Of a stretch of DNA of 64,000 bases, positions 49,997 through 59,990 are shown piece after piece. This stretch comes from Nanobdellota archaeon (GTDB lineage: Archaea > Nanobdellota > Nanobdellia > Woesearchaeales > UBA11576): positions 3,438-67,437 of the forward strand of contig JBHPEY010000003.1 of NCBI GenBank assembly GCA_042576705.1. Reading direction: 5' to 3'. Below the pieces are notes generated by a model. The model was given only the letters and a program-made list of their open reading frames with translations, was not told where the DNA came from and did no database searches. Within the stretch, counting starts at the first letter, position 1. Each line of letters opens with the position of its first letter. The position numbers and the translations under genes are program-made.

Positions 49997-51220
49997 TCAC
50001 TCCTTGTCTTCTATGTACTTGTTCGCGAGGTCTATGTAATCCTGGAGATGCCTTGTGATAAGGTAGTTCTGTCTTACGTGTTCCTTGCCTGCTTCACCTA
50101 GCCGGTTCCTTAGGTTGGGGTCTTTTATCAGGTCGATGCAGTGCTTTGTTCCCTGGTCTATGGTGTCCATTATGAAACCTGTCTTGTCATGGAGGACCTG
50201 CATCGGGAGGCCGCCCCTGTTTGTTGTTATGACTGGAGTGCCTTTCCACAATGCTTCGCTGACTGTGAGACCGAAGCCTTCTCTTATTGATTTCTGGATA
50301 ATCACTTGTGAGTCTGTCTGCAGGCAATTGACCAGGACGTCATTCCTTTCTGTTATCAGATGGACGTCAGGGTTGTCGCCTACTTTTGCTCTTACCTTTT
50401 CGTAGATGACAGGGCCTTCTGGATCATCGCTCGCCATGTCGCCCATGAGGACCAGCTGGCAGTCGGGAACCTTTTTCCTTACCTTTTCCCACATCTTTGT
50501 GACGCCGATCGGGTCTTTCCATGGATCGAATCTTGAGATCTGCGTGATTATGGGGCGGTCGATGTCGATTCCTCTCTTCTGCAGGACCTTGTTCCTGCGG
50601 TCTTTTCTTATCGGTAGGTTCTTGATGGAGAGCGGGTCTATGCTTGGCATTATTATGTGATTCGGAGGGGTCATGTCTGGCTTCTTGTATTTCTCCATGC
50701 TCACTATTGTTCCGTCATACTTGTTGACGAACGGCCTTATGAAATCCCAGATGTTCGGGTTCGCATGGACTATGTCTATATGGCAGCGCCAGATCCAGGG
50801 CTGTCTTCTCTTGTAGTGCTCAATCATCGCTGCAGGCTGGGGGTCATGGACTATCACTAGGTCTTCTACCTTGAAATGGTTCATTATGCAGTTCCTTTCT
50901 GTCTCTTCAAGATAGACCCGCTTCCTGAAGTTGGTCATCTTCACTGTCTGGTCGCCCTGCATGCCGTTGTGTATCTTCTTTGAGATGTTGAAGAAATGAT
51001 GGGAACCCTTGAAGATGCGCCATGCAGTGTCAATCTTCAGCTGGTTCATTAGAATTACTAGGGTGTTTAATATTTCTGCAACTCCGCCGCCTTGTGAAGT
51101 GGTGTTGACGTGAGAGATGTGCTTGCCCTGGAGTCGTTCTGAGGACTCTTTCAGCTTTGTGATTGTGTCTTTGCCTACTATTTTGGTGTAGTCTTCTAGG
51201 TGAGGTATCATTTTTATCAT
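49997..51220 (-). CDS. treT: GT4 glycosyltransferase, trehalose synthase TreT-like
   Basis: GGGVAEIL, HDPQP, WRCHID, SRFDPWKD, DDPEG, EGFGLTVSEALWK. Confidence 0.88.
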   Translation of the reverse strand: MIKMIPHLEDYTKIVGKDTITKLKESSERLQGKHISHVNTTSQGGGVAEILNTLVILMNQLKIDTAWRIFKGSHHFFNISKKIHNGMQGDQTVKMTNFRKRVYLEETERNCIMNHFKVEDLVIVHDPQPAAMIEHYKRRQPWIWRCHIDIVHANPNIWDFIRPFVNKYDGTIVSMEKYKKPDMTPPNHIIMPSIDPLSIKNLPIRKDRRNKVLQKRGIDIDRPIITQISRFDPWKDPIGVTKMWEKVRKKVPDCQLVLMGDMASDDPEGPVIYEKVRAKVGDNPDVHLITERNDVLVNCLQTDSQVIIQKSIREGFGLTVSEALWKGTPVITTNRGGLPMQVLHDKTGFIMDTIDQGTKHCIDLIKDPNLRNRLGEAGKEHVRQNYLITRHLQDYIDLANKYIEDKE

Positions 51221-51291
51221 AGTTATTTAAAAAGGGTTTATATATCTTTTCACTTATTAATTAACCCATAAGAACTCCATATTGTTCAGCT

Positions 51292-51876
51292 TTAAACCGT
51301 CTTCTTCAGGAAATTGAAGTATAGCTGTTCTCCTAGATCCTCTGTCTTTTCTGGGTGGAATTGGACTCCATATATCTCTTTCTCGTTGTGCTTCATAGCT
51401 TCAACTTCTGTGCTGTCTGAAGAAGCCAGTCTTGTGAAGCATTCAGGCAGCGTGATCTCTTCTTCATGGTTGACATATGAGACAAAATCTTTCTCTAATC
51501 TGTCGAATAGATGCGAATCTGAGATGATATCAATCCTGTCATCTCCCTTTCTGACAGGGCCGCGTATCACTTTCGCGCCGAAGAACCAACCGATAAGCTG
51601 ATGGCCGAAGCATACGCCCAGAATTGGAAGGCCTGTGTTCATACACCAACGGATGTGCGGAAAGTAGTCTTCTTGCTTTGCTTCAGAAACAAATAAAGGC
51701 GAACCGCTAAAGATAATACAGTCGAAATCCTTTGGATCCAGCTGGCTCACTTCATTCAGGTACACGGTCGTAAGGCTGTCTGTATGCTTGCTGATGACTT
51801 TTTGCATATCAGGCAAAAACCAGCTCTTCCCGCAATCCAGCAAGAGAACCCTGCTCTTGAGTTTTTCTTCTGACAT
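51292..51876 (-). CDS. Class I glutamine amidotransferase-like protein
   Basis: SGSP, PILGVCFGHQ, YGVQFHPE. Confidence 0.88.
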   Translation of the reverse strand: MSEEKLKSRVLLLDCGKSWFLPDMQKVISKHTDSLTTVYLNEVSQLDPKDFDCIIFSGSPLFVSEAKQEDYFPHIRWCMNTGLPILGVCFGHQLIGWFFGAKVIRGPVRKGDDRIDIISDSHLFDRLEKDFVSYVNHEEEITLPECFTRLASSDSTEVEAMKHNEKEIYGVQFHPEKTEDLGEQLYFNFLKKTV

Positions 51877-53146
51877 ATTCTGGTAATTCGCTCCTCTGTT
51901 TATCTTTTCTTTCTTTTGTTAAGTGTGTAAGCGCCCTAAGCATGAATTCTCTTTGAGGTACATATACATCTTCATAAATTGCTCGGTGGATATTGTGATT
52001 CACTGTCCGAGAGTCTGCTGCTTCTTTAATATAGTCTGCGGCGGTTTCACCATCATAAGTCATCCCTATGAACCTATCGACGAAAGCCTTTTCTCTATCT
52101 TCAAGTCCTTTATGCGCGAATTCCAGGAATGATATGCAGTATTCATTATTTTCTGTATTATTAAGACCGTATCTTGCTGCGTCATCGTGTAATCTTTTCA
52201 GTTTCTTAGAATCTCCCTTAAGGTCGTCTTTCATGAGAACACTTTCAAGCAGAGGATTTGTCACACCTTTTACGTCTCCAGATCTTATTCGTCTCATACC
52301 GCCTTCGAGTAAGGTCAGGTATGCTATGAGATTGTATAGGTAGGGATTCGATCCTGCAGTCCTGGCTTCGACTGTGCTGTGTTTTGGACTCAACCTAACC
52401 GGACCTGAAATGCTGCAATATTCATCATAATAGTCTAATTCAGTGAAAATATGCCCGTTTTCTACAGCTCTCTGCTTGAATTTTTTAAATTCTGCTTTCA
52501 CTTCTGCTTCATGTTCTTCAAGGCTTCTTTTAAGATCCTGCATCTGTCCTTGATACGGGAGTTTTCTGTGAGCAATATTTCTGTAGTTGTGAATCCTCCA
52601 GTTATGGAAGCCTTCAATTGGCGATGCAGATGTCAGCAGAATTGTAACAGGGTCTGAAGCTGTAAGATAGTTCATCTGGTCAATGACTTTTCCTTCTTCC
52701 TGTGAGAAGTGTATGTGGGTCCCATTGACTTTTGTTTTTATTTCAAGACCGTCCAGTCCAATTGTTTTAGTGATTAATCCTGCAACATCTGAATCATGTC
52801 TTCTTTCGTGCTCATATGGGATGAGTGATGTATCGAGGGGAAGAGTTAACAGGCCGGCGCCTTTTGCAATTTCATCCAGGCGTTTGGCTCTTTTCATGAG
52901 ATCAAGGGCTGTTTCAAAGATATTGTTGTGTGGTTCTGTGACTGTTTCTACTGAAGCTAGGCTGATTTCTTGGTGGTATCCTTCAGCTTTACCGATTCCG
53001 TTGATAATCTCATCTGCTTGGGGTGTGGGTATACCATCTTTGTCAAGTAGCAGGACTTCAAGTTCCATTCCTGTTTTGTCCAATGTTTTAGGTTCGAATT
53101 GACCCTCAATTGGTTCTAGAATTCGTAAAAATACGTTATTTGGCAT
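51809..53146 (-). CDS. Glutamate-cysteine ligase family 2 (GCS2/carboxylate-amine ligase)
   Basis: GMELE..LLD..G, E.....VE..T.P, GTHIH, SASP, VR......TVEAR. Confidence 0.72.
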   Translation of the reverse strand: MPNNVFLRILEPIEGQFEPKTLDKTGMELEVLLLDKDGIPTPQADEIINGIGKAEGYHQEISLASVETVTEPHNNIFETALDLMKRAKRLDEIAKGAGLLTLPLDTSLIPYEHERRHDSDVAGLITKTIGLDGLEIKTKVNGTHIHFSQEEGKVIDQMNYLTASDPVTILLTSASPIEGFHNWRIHNYRNIAHRKLPYQGQMQDLKRSLEEHEAEVKAEFKKFKQRAVENGHIFTELDYYDEYCSISGPVRLSPKHSTVEARTAGSNPYLYNLIAYLTLLEGGMRRIRSGDVKGVTNPLLESVLMKDDLKGDSKKLKRLHDDAARYGLNNTENNEYCISFLEFAHKGLEDREKAFVDRFIGMTYDGETAADYIKEAADSRTVNHNIHRAIYEDVYVPQREFMLRALTHLTKERKDKQRSELPEYVRRKTQEQGSLAGLREELVFA

Positions 53147-53456
53147 TTTATTAGTTAATTAGCCTCTCTTTTCTTTTTCTGAATCGCTAATTGTCGTCTA
53201 TTTTTGATTTAGCTCTTGTTTTACCTAATATATGTTGTTATTACTAGTATATTAATATTTCTTTTTTGATTTTTACAAGTTTCTGGTGTTTTAACTGGTT
53301 TTAACTGCTTTTTATCTATTTTTTACCTTAAAGGAGGCTAGAATGGCGGTTTCTTTTATGTCTTATCAGGGCATCACAGAACAATGCAGAATTTATTGAA
53401 AGCATTGTGACAAAAGAGTCACAATGTTTAAAAACCAATGACCTATGTTGTGCTGT

Positions 53457-54059
53457 ATGCAACACTACAAGCAGACGACAAAGTACACCTGCGCAGCGGC
53501 TTCTCTTGCCATGATAATCAACCATTTCAAGCCAGAGTTCGAGTTGAGTGTTGAGAACGAGTTCGACATCTGGCATTGTTCGGCTGCGCTGCCTACCAAG
53601 GGAAGCTCTATCTATGCGCTTGCATCTTATGCTGGTGGGAATGGTGTGCCTGTGATGGTTGTTGTGGGTGAGAAGGAGTACAAGTTCCCTGGCTACAAGT
53701 TCAAGGCATACAAGAAGAAGGAGATAGAGATTGCTGCGCAGAGCACGCAGTTCTATTATGAGAAGGCAGAGGATACTGGGATAACTATTGAGGTCAGGGA
53801 TTTCTCTCTTGATGAGGTGAAGAACCTCCTTGCGCAGGGCAAGGTGCTGTTGCTGCGGCTGATTGTTGGGATCGTTCGGCAGAGCAGGGACAATAAACGG
53901 AATCCGCATTACCTGCCTGTGTATGGGTTTGAGAAAGGGAAGTTCCTGGTGATGGACCCTCGGTTCGGGGCGAAGAAGGTTGATGAGGGTGTTGTTCAGG
54001 AGGCTTTTGACAAGGTGGTTGAGGTCAAGAGGGACCATCGGATGATTGTTTTTGGGTAG
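53457..54059 (+). CDS. Papain-fold peptidase C39-like (DUF3335-like)
   Basis: YKQTTKYTCAAASL, E..IW, PHYL.VYG, MDP. Confidence 0.75.
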   Translation: MQHYKQTTKYTCAAASLAMIINHFKPEFELSVENEFDIWHCSAALPTKGSSIYALASYAGGNGVPVMVVVGEKEYKFPGYKFKAYKKKEIEIAAQSTQFYYEKAEDTGITIEVRDFSLDEVKNLLAQGKVLLLRLIVGIVRQSRDNKRNPHYLPVYGFEKGKFLVMDPRFGAKKVDEGVVQEAFDKVVEVKRDHRMIVFG

Positions 54060-54069
54060 GTCTTATTTC

Positions 54070-55596
54070 TTAGTCTATCAACGGTCTGTCGTGCACCTTC
54101 GGTGCTTTCAGTCCCATCATCTTCAGTATGGTGGGGGATATGTCAGCAATACTATTGCTCTTTCTTTCTATTATCCTGTACTTCTGGTTTGCTAGCAGTA
54201 TGAACGGGACCTTGTTGAGGGTGTGGGATGTGCTATGTTTTCCTGACATCTCCTCTGCATTGCCGTGGTCTGCTGTGACAATCACGTTGTAGCTGTTCTT
54301 TCTTGCAGCGGTGACTACCTTCTTCAGGTTCGTGTCTGCTGCATTCACTGCTCTTATCGTCGCTTTCAGGTCGCCTGTGTGACCCACCATGTCTGCGTTC
54401 GCGAAGTTGAGTATGATCAGGTCGTACTTCTTTGTGTTTAGTCGCTTTACTGCCTCTTTTGCTATCTTCTGGGCGGACATTGCTGGTGTCTTGTCATAAG
54501 TCTCGACCCTTGGGCTCGGTATGAGAAATCTGTCTTCTCCTTTGAACGGTCCTTCCTTTCCGCCGTTGAAGAAGTATGTCACGTGGGCATACTTCTCTGT
54601 CTCTGCTATGCGGAACTGCTTTATGTTCTTTTTAGAGATAACCTCCGCGAGGATGTCTTTCGGGACTTTGGGGGGTAAAGCCACGGGAGCCTTTATCGCT
54701 TTATCATACTGTGTGAGGCAGACAAAATACAGGTGGATGAGCCTCTTTCTCTTGAACTTGTTGAACTTCCCTTGTACAAACGCTCTTGTTATCTCTCTTG
54801 CCCTGTCCTCGCGGAAGTTAAAGAATATGATGCTGTCGTGTTCTTTCACGTAATGCTTGATCTTCATGTGCTTTGACAGTATTATGGATGGCTTCACGAA
54901 CTCGTCAGTCTCTCCTCTCTTGTATGCGTCCTTTATCGCAGCGGTCGCTGAGTCGTAGATGCGGCCCTTGTGGTTGACCATTGCAGCGTATGCCTTGTGC
55001 TCGCGGTTCCAGCGATTATCCCTGTCCATCGCATAGAAACGGCCCATCATCGTGGCGATGCGACCGATATTGTTCTTTTTGCAGAACTGTTCCAGCTGTT
55101 TCAGGTACTTGATGCCGTTTTTCGGCGGTGTGTCCCTGCCGTCCAGGAAACAGTGGATGTAGACTTTCGGCACCTTGTGCTGTTTTGCCATCTTAAGGAG
55201 GGTGAAAAGATGGTTGATGTGGGAATGCACGCCGCCGTCGCTCAACAGTCCCATGAGGTGGAGTCCAGAACCGTTCTTCTTTGCGTTGTCTATCGCATTT
55301 AGTATGACTTTGTTCTTCTGGAATGTGCCTTTCTTTATATCCTGGTTTATCTTCAGCAGTTCCTGCGGGACTGTCCTTCCGGCGCCAAGATGCATGTGGC
55401 CTACTTCTGAGTTGCCGATGAATCCTTTGGGCAGTCCGACGTGTTGTTCTGAGGCGTGGAGCGTGGTGTGTGGGTGAGTTTTCCAGAGTCTGTCGAAATA
55501 GGGGGGCTTTGCCAGTGCTATGGCGTTGTCTTTCTTTGACTTTCTTAATCCCCACCCGTCCAGGATTATCAGCATGACTTTCTCTTTGGTCTTCAT
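54070..55596 (-). CDS. gpmI: 2,3-BPG-independent phosphoglycerate mutase (bacterial type)
   Basis: ILDGWG, GNSEVGH, DGGVHSH, AMDRD, ETEKYAHVT, DMVGHTG, TADHGN. Confidence 0.96.
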   Translation of the reverse strand: MKTKEKVMLIILDGWGLRKSKKDNAIALAKPPYFDRLWKTHPHTTLHASEQHVGLPKGFIGNSEVGHMHLGAGRTVPQELLKINQDIKKGTFQKNKVILNAIDNAKKNGSGLHLMGLLSDGGVHSHINHLFTLLKMAKQHKVPKVYIHCFLDGRDTPPKNGIKYLKQLEQFCKKNNIGRIATMMGRFYAMDRDNRWNREHKAYAAMVNHKGRIYDSATAAIKDAYKRGETDEFVKPSIILSKHMKIKHYVKEHDSIIFFNFREDRAREITRAFVQGKFNKFKRKRLIHLYFVCLTQYDKAIKAPVALPPKVPKDILAEVISKKNIKQFRIAETEKYAHVTYFFNGGKEGPFKGEDRFLIPSPRVETYDKTPAMSAQKIAKEAVKRLNTKKYDLIILNFANADMVGHTGDLKATIRAVNAADTNLKKVVTAARKNSYNVIVTADHGNAEEMSGKHSTSHTLNKVPFILLANQKYRIIERKSNSIADISPTILKMMGLKAPKVHDRPLID

Positions 55597-55624
55597 TTCT
55601 ACACCTTGTATCCTTGCTTTATCT

Positions 55625-56800
55625 TCAGATACCTGCCTCTTCCTGCAGTATCTCCATCACTATCCTTCTTACGTCATTCGATCTCAATGCGAAGCTCAGG
55701 CCTTCGAAGCCAGCCTTGGCGTACTTGAGCGTCGCTATGCCAATGACGTCCCCTTCCTTGTCTATGAGCGGCCCGCCTGAGTTGCCTGCGTTGATAGCCA
55801 CATCTGTCTGAATATAATATATGTTGAGTTCTCCTGTTATCAGCCTCTTCCTGTTGCTGATTATGCCCTCTGTGACCGTCGACTCGAACCCCACAGGGTT
55901 CCCTATGGCGATTACATGCTGGCCGACGAACGCATCGTCTGAGTTTGCCCAGTCGAGGTACTCGAATTCCTTTGTCGCAGGGATCTTGAGCACGGCGACG
56001 TCATGGTCCTCGTCCTTTCCTACGACACTTGCTAAATATTCTGTGCCTTCGCTTGTCCTGACTGTTATCTTGTTCAGCTCGTCGATCACATGCCAGTTCG
56101 TGACGATGTATCCTTTATCGTTTATGAACACTCCGCTGCCTGCATTGTTGAAATAGCCGGAACCCTTGCTGCCTATGTTGACCACTGCTCTTGTCGATTT
56201 GGGGATTATGGGGGTGAAGTCGACGCTTGCGTCCTTGACCTCCTGCAGCTGTTCACCGAATACTGAAAGCGTCGACAGGCTCCTGTTGTTGGCTTTCTGT
56301 ATCGAGTCAGAGAGCTGCCGGTCCCTGTTCATCGACTGGTAGTTGTATGTCTGGATGCTGGATTTCAGGTCCTGCTCCACGCTGTCTATCTTAGCGTCTG
56401 TCTGGGTAATGTCTTCCTTCAGATCATCCTTTGTGCTGGTCAGTTCTGACCTCAGCGAGTTCAGTGAGTTCTGTTGTGCAGAGATCTGCTGGGTCGTCGA
56501 CTCCAGGTCACTGTCCTGCTGCTGCTTGAGCAGTGTTATCTTATCGTTGTAGTCCTGGGTCACGTATACAAAGAACAGCCCGAACACGATCACCATGATG
56601 AAATTCAGCGCAAGGACGTGTCTTGTGCTTATGTTCCACTGGCTTTTCGCTGTTTTCTGCTGCTTCTTGTGCTTCTCGAGGATGTGCTTGAAGTGATGCT
56701 CCATGTAGCCTGCGTTCAGGAGGGACTTTACAATATCTTCATCCTTCACTCCCAGGCTCTTCTGGGTCTTTATGTAATCTTCAAGTTCGTTCTCGTCCAT
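55625..56800 (-). CDS. Membrane-anchored trypsin-like serine protease with coiled-coil stalk (no PDZ)
   Basis: TM; GSG, TNWHVI, DVAVLK, IQTD.AIN.GNSGGPL. Confidence 0.9.
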   Translation of the reverse strand: MDENELEDYIKTQKSLGVKDEDIVKSLLNAGYMEHHFKHILEKHKKQQKTAKSQWNISTRHVLALNFIMVIVFGLFFVYVTQDYNDKITLLKQQQDSDLESTTQQISAQQNSLNSLRSELTSTKDDLKEDITQTDAKIDSVEQDLKSSIQTYNYQSMNRDRQLSDSIQKANNRSLSTLSVFGEQLQEVKDASVDFTPIIPKSTRAVVNIGSKGSGYFNNAGSGVFINDKGYIVTNWHVIDELNKITVRTSEGTEYLASVVGKDEDHDVAVLKIPATKEFEYLDWANSDDAFVGQHVIAIGNPVGFESTVTEGIISNRKRLITGELNIYYIQTDVAINAGNSGGPLIDKEGDVIGIATLKYAKAGFEGLSFALRSNDVRRIVMEILQEEAGI

Positions 56801-56820
56801 CTTTCTGAAAGCCTAAGCTA

Positions 56821-56848
56821 GGCCTGCACAGTTTGAGCTGTGCAGGCC
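56821..56848. terminator. Hairpin between eno and the protease gene
   Basis: GGCCTGCACAG/CTGTGCAGGCC 11-bp IR. Confidence 0.45.
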
Positions 56849-56884
56849 GTAAGGCTTATTGGTTGTGGTTTACTGTTGATTATG

Positions 56885-58150
56885 TTATCTGCGTAGTCTG
56901 GCCATGATCGCTTTATGGCCCAGTTCCTCTTCTATCCTCAGTAGTTGGTTGTACTTCGCTAGTCGTTCACTTCTACAGGGGGCGCCGGACTTTATCTGGC
57001 CTGTACCAAGGCCCACGACAAGGTCGGCTATGAATGTGTCGCATGTCTCTCCGCTGCGATGGCTTACCATCACATTCCAGCCTGCCTTCATCGCCATCTT
57101 CGCGGCTGTCGTGGCTTCTGTGAGAGAGCCTATCTGGTTCACTTTCAGCAGCAGGGCATTGCAGAGCTTCTTCTGGATGCCTGTCTTTATGCGTTCGGGG
57201 TTTGTCACAAGGAGGTCGTCGCCCACAATCTGGACTTTCTTCTTCTTTGCAGACTGTGTCAGTATGGGGTAGGGATCGAAGTCATCCTGCTCGAACGGGT
57301 CTTCTATAGAGAATACCGGATAATGGTCCATGATGTGCTCGTAGAGATTTGTGAGCCGGTCTGCGGTCATCCACTTGCCGTCGACAAGATACTTCTGTCT
57401 CTTCTTGCTGTAGAACTCGCTGGATGCCGCGTCTATGGCGATCTTTATGAGTCCATCATAGCCTGCGTCTTTTATGGCCTTGTCTACTATCTTGAGTGCT
57501 CCTTCGACTGTCTTTATGTTGGGAGCAAACCCGCCTTCATCACCTACATTGGTAGAGTCCTTACCGTAAGCCTTTATTATGTCCTTCTTCAGCACCTGGT
57601 ATGTCTCTGCGCCCATGCGCAGCGAGTCTGCGAATGTCCGTCCTTTCGGGCAGATCATGAACTCCTGGAACTGCAGCTTGTTGTCTGCATGCTTTCCGCC
57701 GTTGATTATGTTCATGCAGGGGACCGGCATGATCTTTTTTGTGCCCAGCAGTGAGTATAGCGGCTTGTTCTGGGTCACGGATGAGAGCCGTGCTGCTGCG
57801 AGGCTGACTCCAAGGATTGCGTTTGCGCCCAGGTTCGATTTGTTCGGAGTGCCGTCGAGCTTGAGCATCGCCGCGTCGAGCGGTTTCTGTTTTCGACAGT
57901 CCATGCCTTTGACGACTTTTATTATCTTGGTGTTGGCGTTCATCACGGCTTTGCGTACGCCTTTACCGTGGAAACGGGGTCCGCCGTCCCGCAGTTCCAT
58001 TGCTTCATGAATACCTGTTGAAGCACCAGATGGAACTGCGGCACGAGCGGAATGCGATTTCGTGTGGAGCATGACCTCGACAGTGGGGTTTCCCCTGCTG
58101 TCCAGTATCTCTCTTGCGTGCAGTTTCCTTATCTTGTAGTCTGTCCTCAT
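56885..58150 (-). CDS. eno: Enolase
   Basis: [40 protein letters not shown]. Confidence 0.97.
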   Translation of the reverse strand: MRTDYKIRKLHAREILDSRGNPTVEVMLHTKSHSARAAVPSGASTGIHEAMELRDGGPRFHGKGVRKAVMNANTKIIKVVKGMDCRKQKPLDAAMLKLDGTPNKSNLGANAILGVSLAAARLSSVTQNKPLYSLLGTKKIMPVPCMNIINGGKHADNKLQFQEFMICPKGRTFADSLRMGAETYQVLKKDIIKAYGKDSTNVGDEGGFAPNIKTVEGALKIVDKAIKDAGYDGLIKIAIDAASSEFYSKKRQKYLVDGKWMTADRLTNLYEHIMDHYPVFSIEDPFEQDDFDPYPILTQSAKKKKVQIVGDDLLVTNPERIKTGIQKKLCNALLLKVNQIGSLTEATTAAKMAMKAGWNVMVSHRSGETCDTFIADLVVGLGTGQIKSGAPCRSERLAKYNQLLRIEEELGHKAIMARLRR

Positions 58151-58154
58151 TGTT

Positions 58155-58313
58155 CTACCTCTTTTTTGATCTTGACCTCTGGTTCTCGAAATAATCGTTG
58201 ATCATTATGTTCAAGAAAGCGGATTTCGATGGGTAGCGGTATTTGTTATCCTGTCGCTTGATGAATGCGGCTATCTCCTTTTCCAGAGCGTTGTCGATGC
58301 GTACTACTCCCAT
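58155..58313 (-). CDS. Small ribbon-helix-helix-like protein (52 aa, not in ORF track)
   Basis: [52 protein letters not shown]; stop 5 nt before eno ATG. Confidence 0.7.
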   Translation of the reverse strand: MGVVRIDNALEKEIAAFIKRQDNKYRYPSKSAFLNIMINDYFENQRSRSKKR

Positions 58314-58323
58314 GTTTTCGCCT

Positions 58324-58358
58324 GTTACAAATTGTTACTTTGGATAACTATTTGTAAC
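58324..58358. promoter_or_regulatory. 14-7-14 inverted repeat, probable operator
   Basis: GTTACAAATTGTTA-N7-TAACTATTTGTAAC (13/14) between BRE-TATA (about 58365-58379, minus) and ATG 58313. Confidence 0.6.
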
Positions 58359-58456
58359 TTGGGTATTTAAATGTTTCGGTTTTGCGTTTTGATTAAATTT
58401 CTGAAGGGTTGTTTTAAAGGGGGATTCAATCATAGGCAACATATAACTCGCGGAAG

Positions 58457-59254
58457 GTGATGCTGATGTCTAAAGAGGATGTGCGTAAGTTAGTTCTTTT
58501 CGAAAGGATGCTCGGTGATTATCTCGCTGCGGGGGCGATATATTCGTATGGTGATGCGTTTGGGTTCTTTGATGGCAAGGCAAAGGGTGTGGTGATCGCT
58601 GATACCTGCGGGCATAACAAGAAGATGGGTGATGCGATGCAGGGATTCCTTGATGATGTGATACGTGCCGGTTGGGGGTGCTCAGGTGATGCTGCTCATG
58701 AAGTATTGGATCTTGGGCCGCGGCTTGTGCTCGCTGGGACGGGAAAACCTGAGCTTGAGAAGAAGATTTCACATCTGGATTATGATGCTGAGTGGTGGTC
58801 GTGTCTTGCAGTGCATTATATGAGCCTGCGTGGGGATGATGTGCAGCTGTCTGGCATCGGGAGCTATGTATTCCGTCAGGACATGGGCTTTGAGAGGTAT
58901 GTTACTACGCTGTGTCCTTTTCATTATCTGGAGGAGCCTTCAAATGAGTTTGAGGAGATGCGGAGGCCTGTGAAGACTTCGCTGGGGGAGGGGGACTTTG
59001 TGCTTCTGGCAAGTGATGGGCTGGAGCATAACATCGGGACTTCGCTGTATCGCGGTGGGAATGACAGTTCGCTTGAGAGCGTACAGGAGCTTCTTGTGGG
59101 GAGTGTGTTGTGTAATCATGAGAAGAGTGCTGTGGGGATACGGGATGCGCTTGTCTACGAGCTGTCCAGATATTTTGTGCCGCAAGAGGGGGAGGAAGAT
59201 CCTTTGAGGTATTTTGATGATGTTACTTTTGTTGTGGTGAAGAAAGTTAGGTAA
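58457..59254 (+). CDS. PP2C/SpoIIE-like phosphatase, divergent
   Basis: GD, VIADTCGH, LLASDGL, DDVTFVVV. Confidence 0.75.
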   Translation: MMLMSKEDVRKLVLFERMLGDYLAAGAIYSYGDAFGFFDGKAKGVVIADTCGHNKKMGDAMQGFLDDVIRAGWGCSGDAAHEVLDLGPRLVLAGTGKPELEKKISHLDYDAEWWSCLAVHYMSLRGDDVQLSGIGSYVFRQDMGFERYVTTLCPFHYLEEPSNEFEEMRRPVKTSLGEGDFVLLASDGLEHNIGTSLYRGGNDSSLESVQELLVGSVLCNHEKSAVGIRDALVYELSRYFVPQEGEEDPLRYFDDVTFVVVKKVR

Positions 59255-59411
59255 GATGTTTTGTATCGAGTCTTCTCTTAGGTGCTGCGTCTTTAGGAGA
59301 AGGAACGATATATAGAAGATGCCTTCGGCAAGTAACGATACGAACTCAGTCTTAGAATCAGACGTCGTGGTTTCAGCGGCCTGGAGCTTGATAGGATTTG
59401 GTGCGTGGTCC

Positions 59412-59990
59412 TTATCTCTTGGGCTTGACGACCAGGAAACCGCGTTCTTCGCCGTTCCATCTCGGGTGCATCGCATCCACCAGCTTCTGCAGGTCGTATT
59501 TCTGGTAGTTCTTCTCTTCTGTGCTGGGGTCGCAGATCGTGACTTCCTTTGTTTCAGGGTCGTAGCTGCAGACCAGCACGTAGTGGCCGTTCTGCTTTCC
59601 GTTTATGGGTCCCCACCAGAAGTTTGCCATTATGTCATGGTCTGCGTCTAGATTATCTATCAGGAACTGGTGTGGATTGTCTATATCTCTTATCAGATGG
59701 ACCTGCGGCATCATGCTGTGGTCTTCTAATGCTTCTTTTGCCTTGGAGTCATTGAACTCGGTCAGTTTTATGCCGAGCATCGAGAGGTTGTCTTTTGGTG
59801 CTGTTTCCAGCGGGAGCATGTATAATTGGCGGTCATCTTCGTCGATCCTTAGGCCGATCCTCGCTGCCAGGGCTTCCTGGTCCATCCATACTCCCCAGCG
59901 GAACAGTATCATCTGGAGACATGTCGGACCGCAGAGATTCTTCTTCTGTTTTATGCTGTGGTATCTCTGCCCTTCCACTGTGGACACCAT
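59412..59990 (-). CDS. Papain-fold protein (C39/phytochelatin-synthase-like)
   Basis: Q....CGP..L, GHY.LV..YD, ICDP, L..AM.....G..RGF. Confidence 0.72.
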   Translation of the reverse strand: MVSTVEGQRYHSIKQKKNLCGPTCLQMILFRWGVWMDQEALAARIGLRIDEDDRQLYMLPLETAPKDNLSMLGIKLTEFNDSKAKEALEDHSMMPQVHLIRDIDNPHQFLIDNLDADHDIMANFWWGPINGKQNGHYVLVCSYDPETKEVTICDPSTEEKNYQKYDLQKLVDAMHPRWNGEERGFLVVKPKR

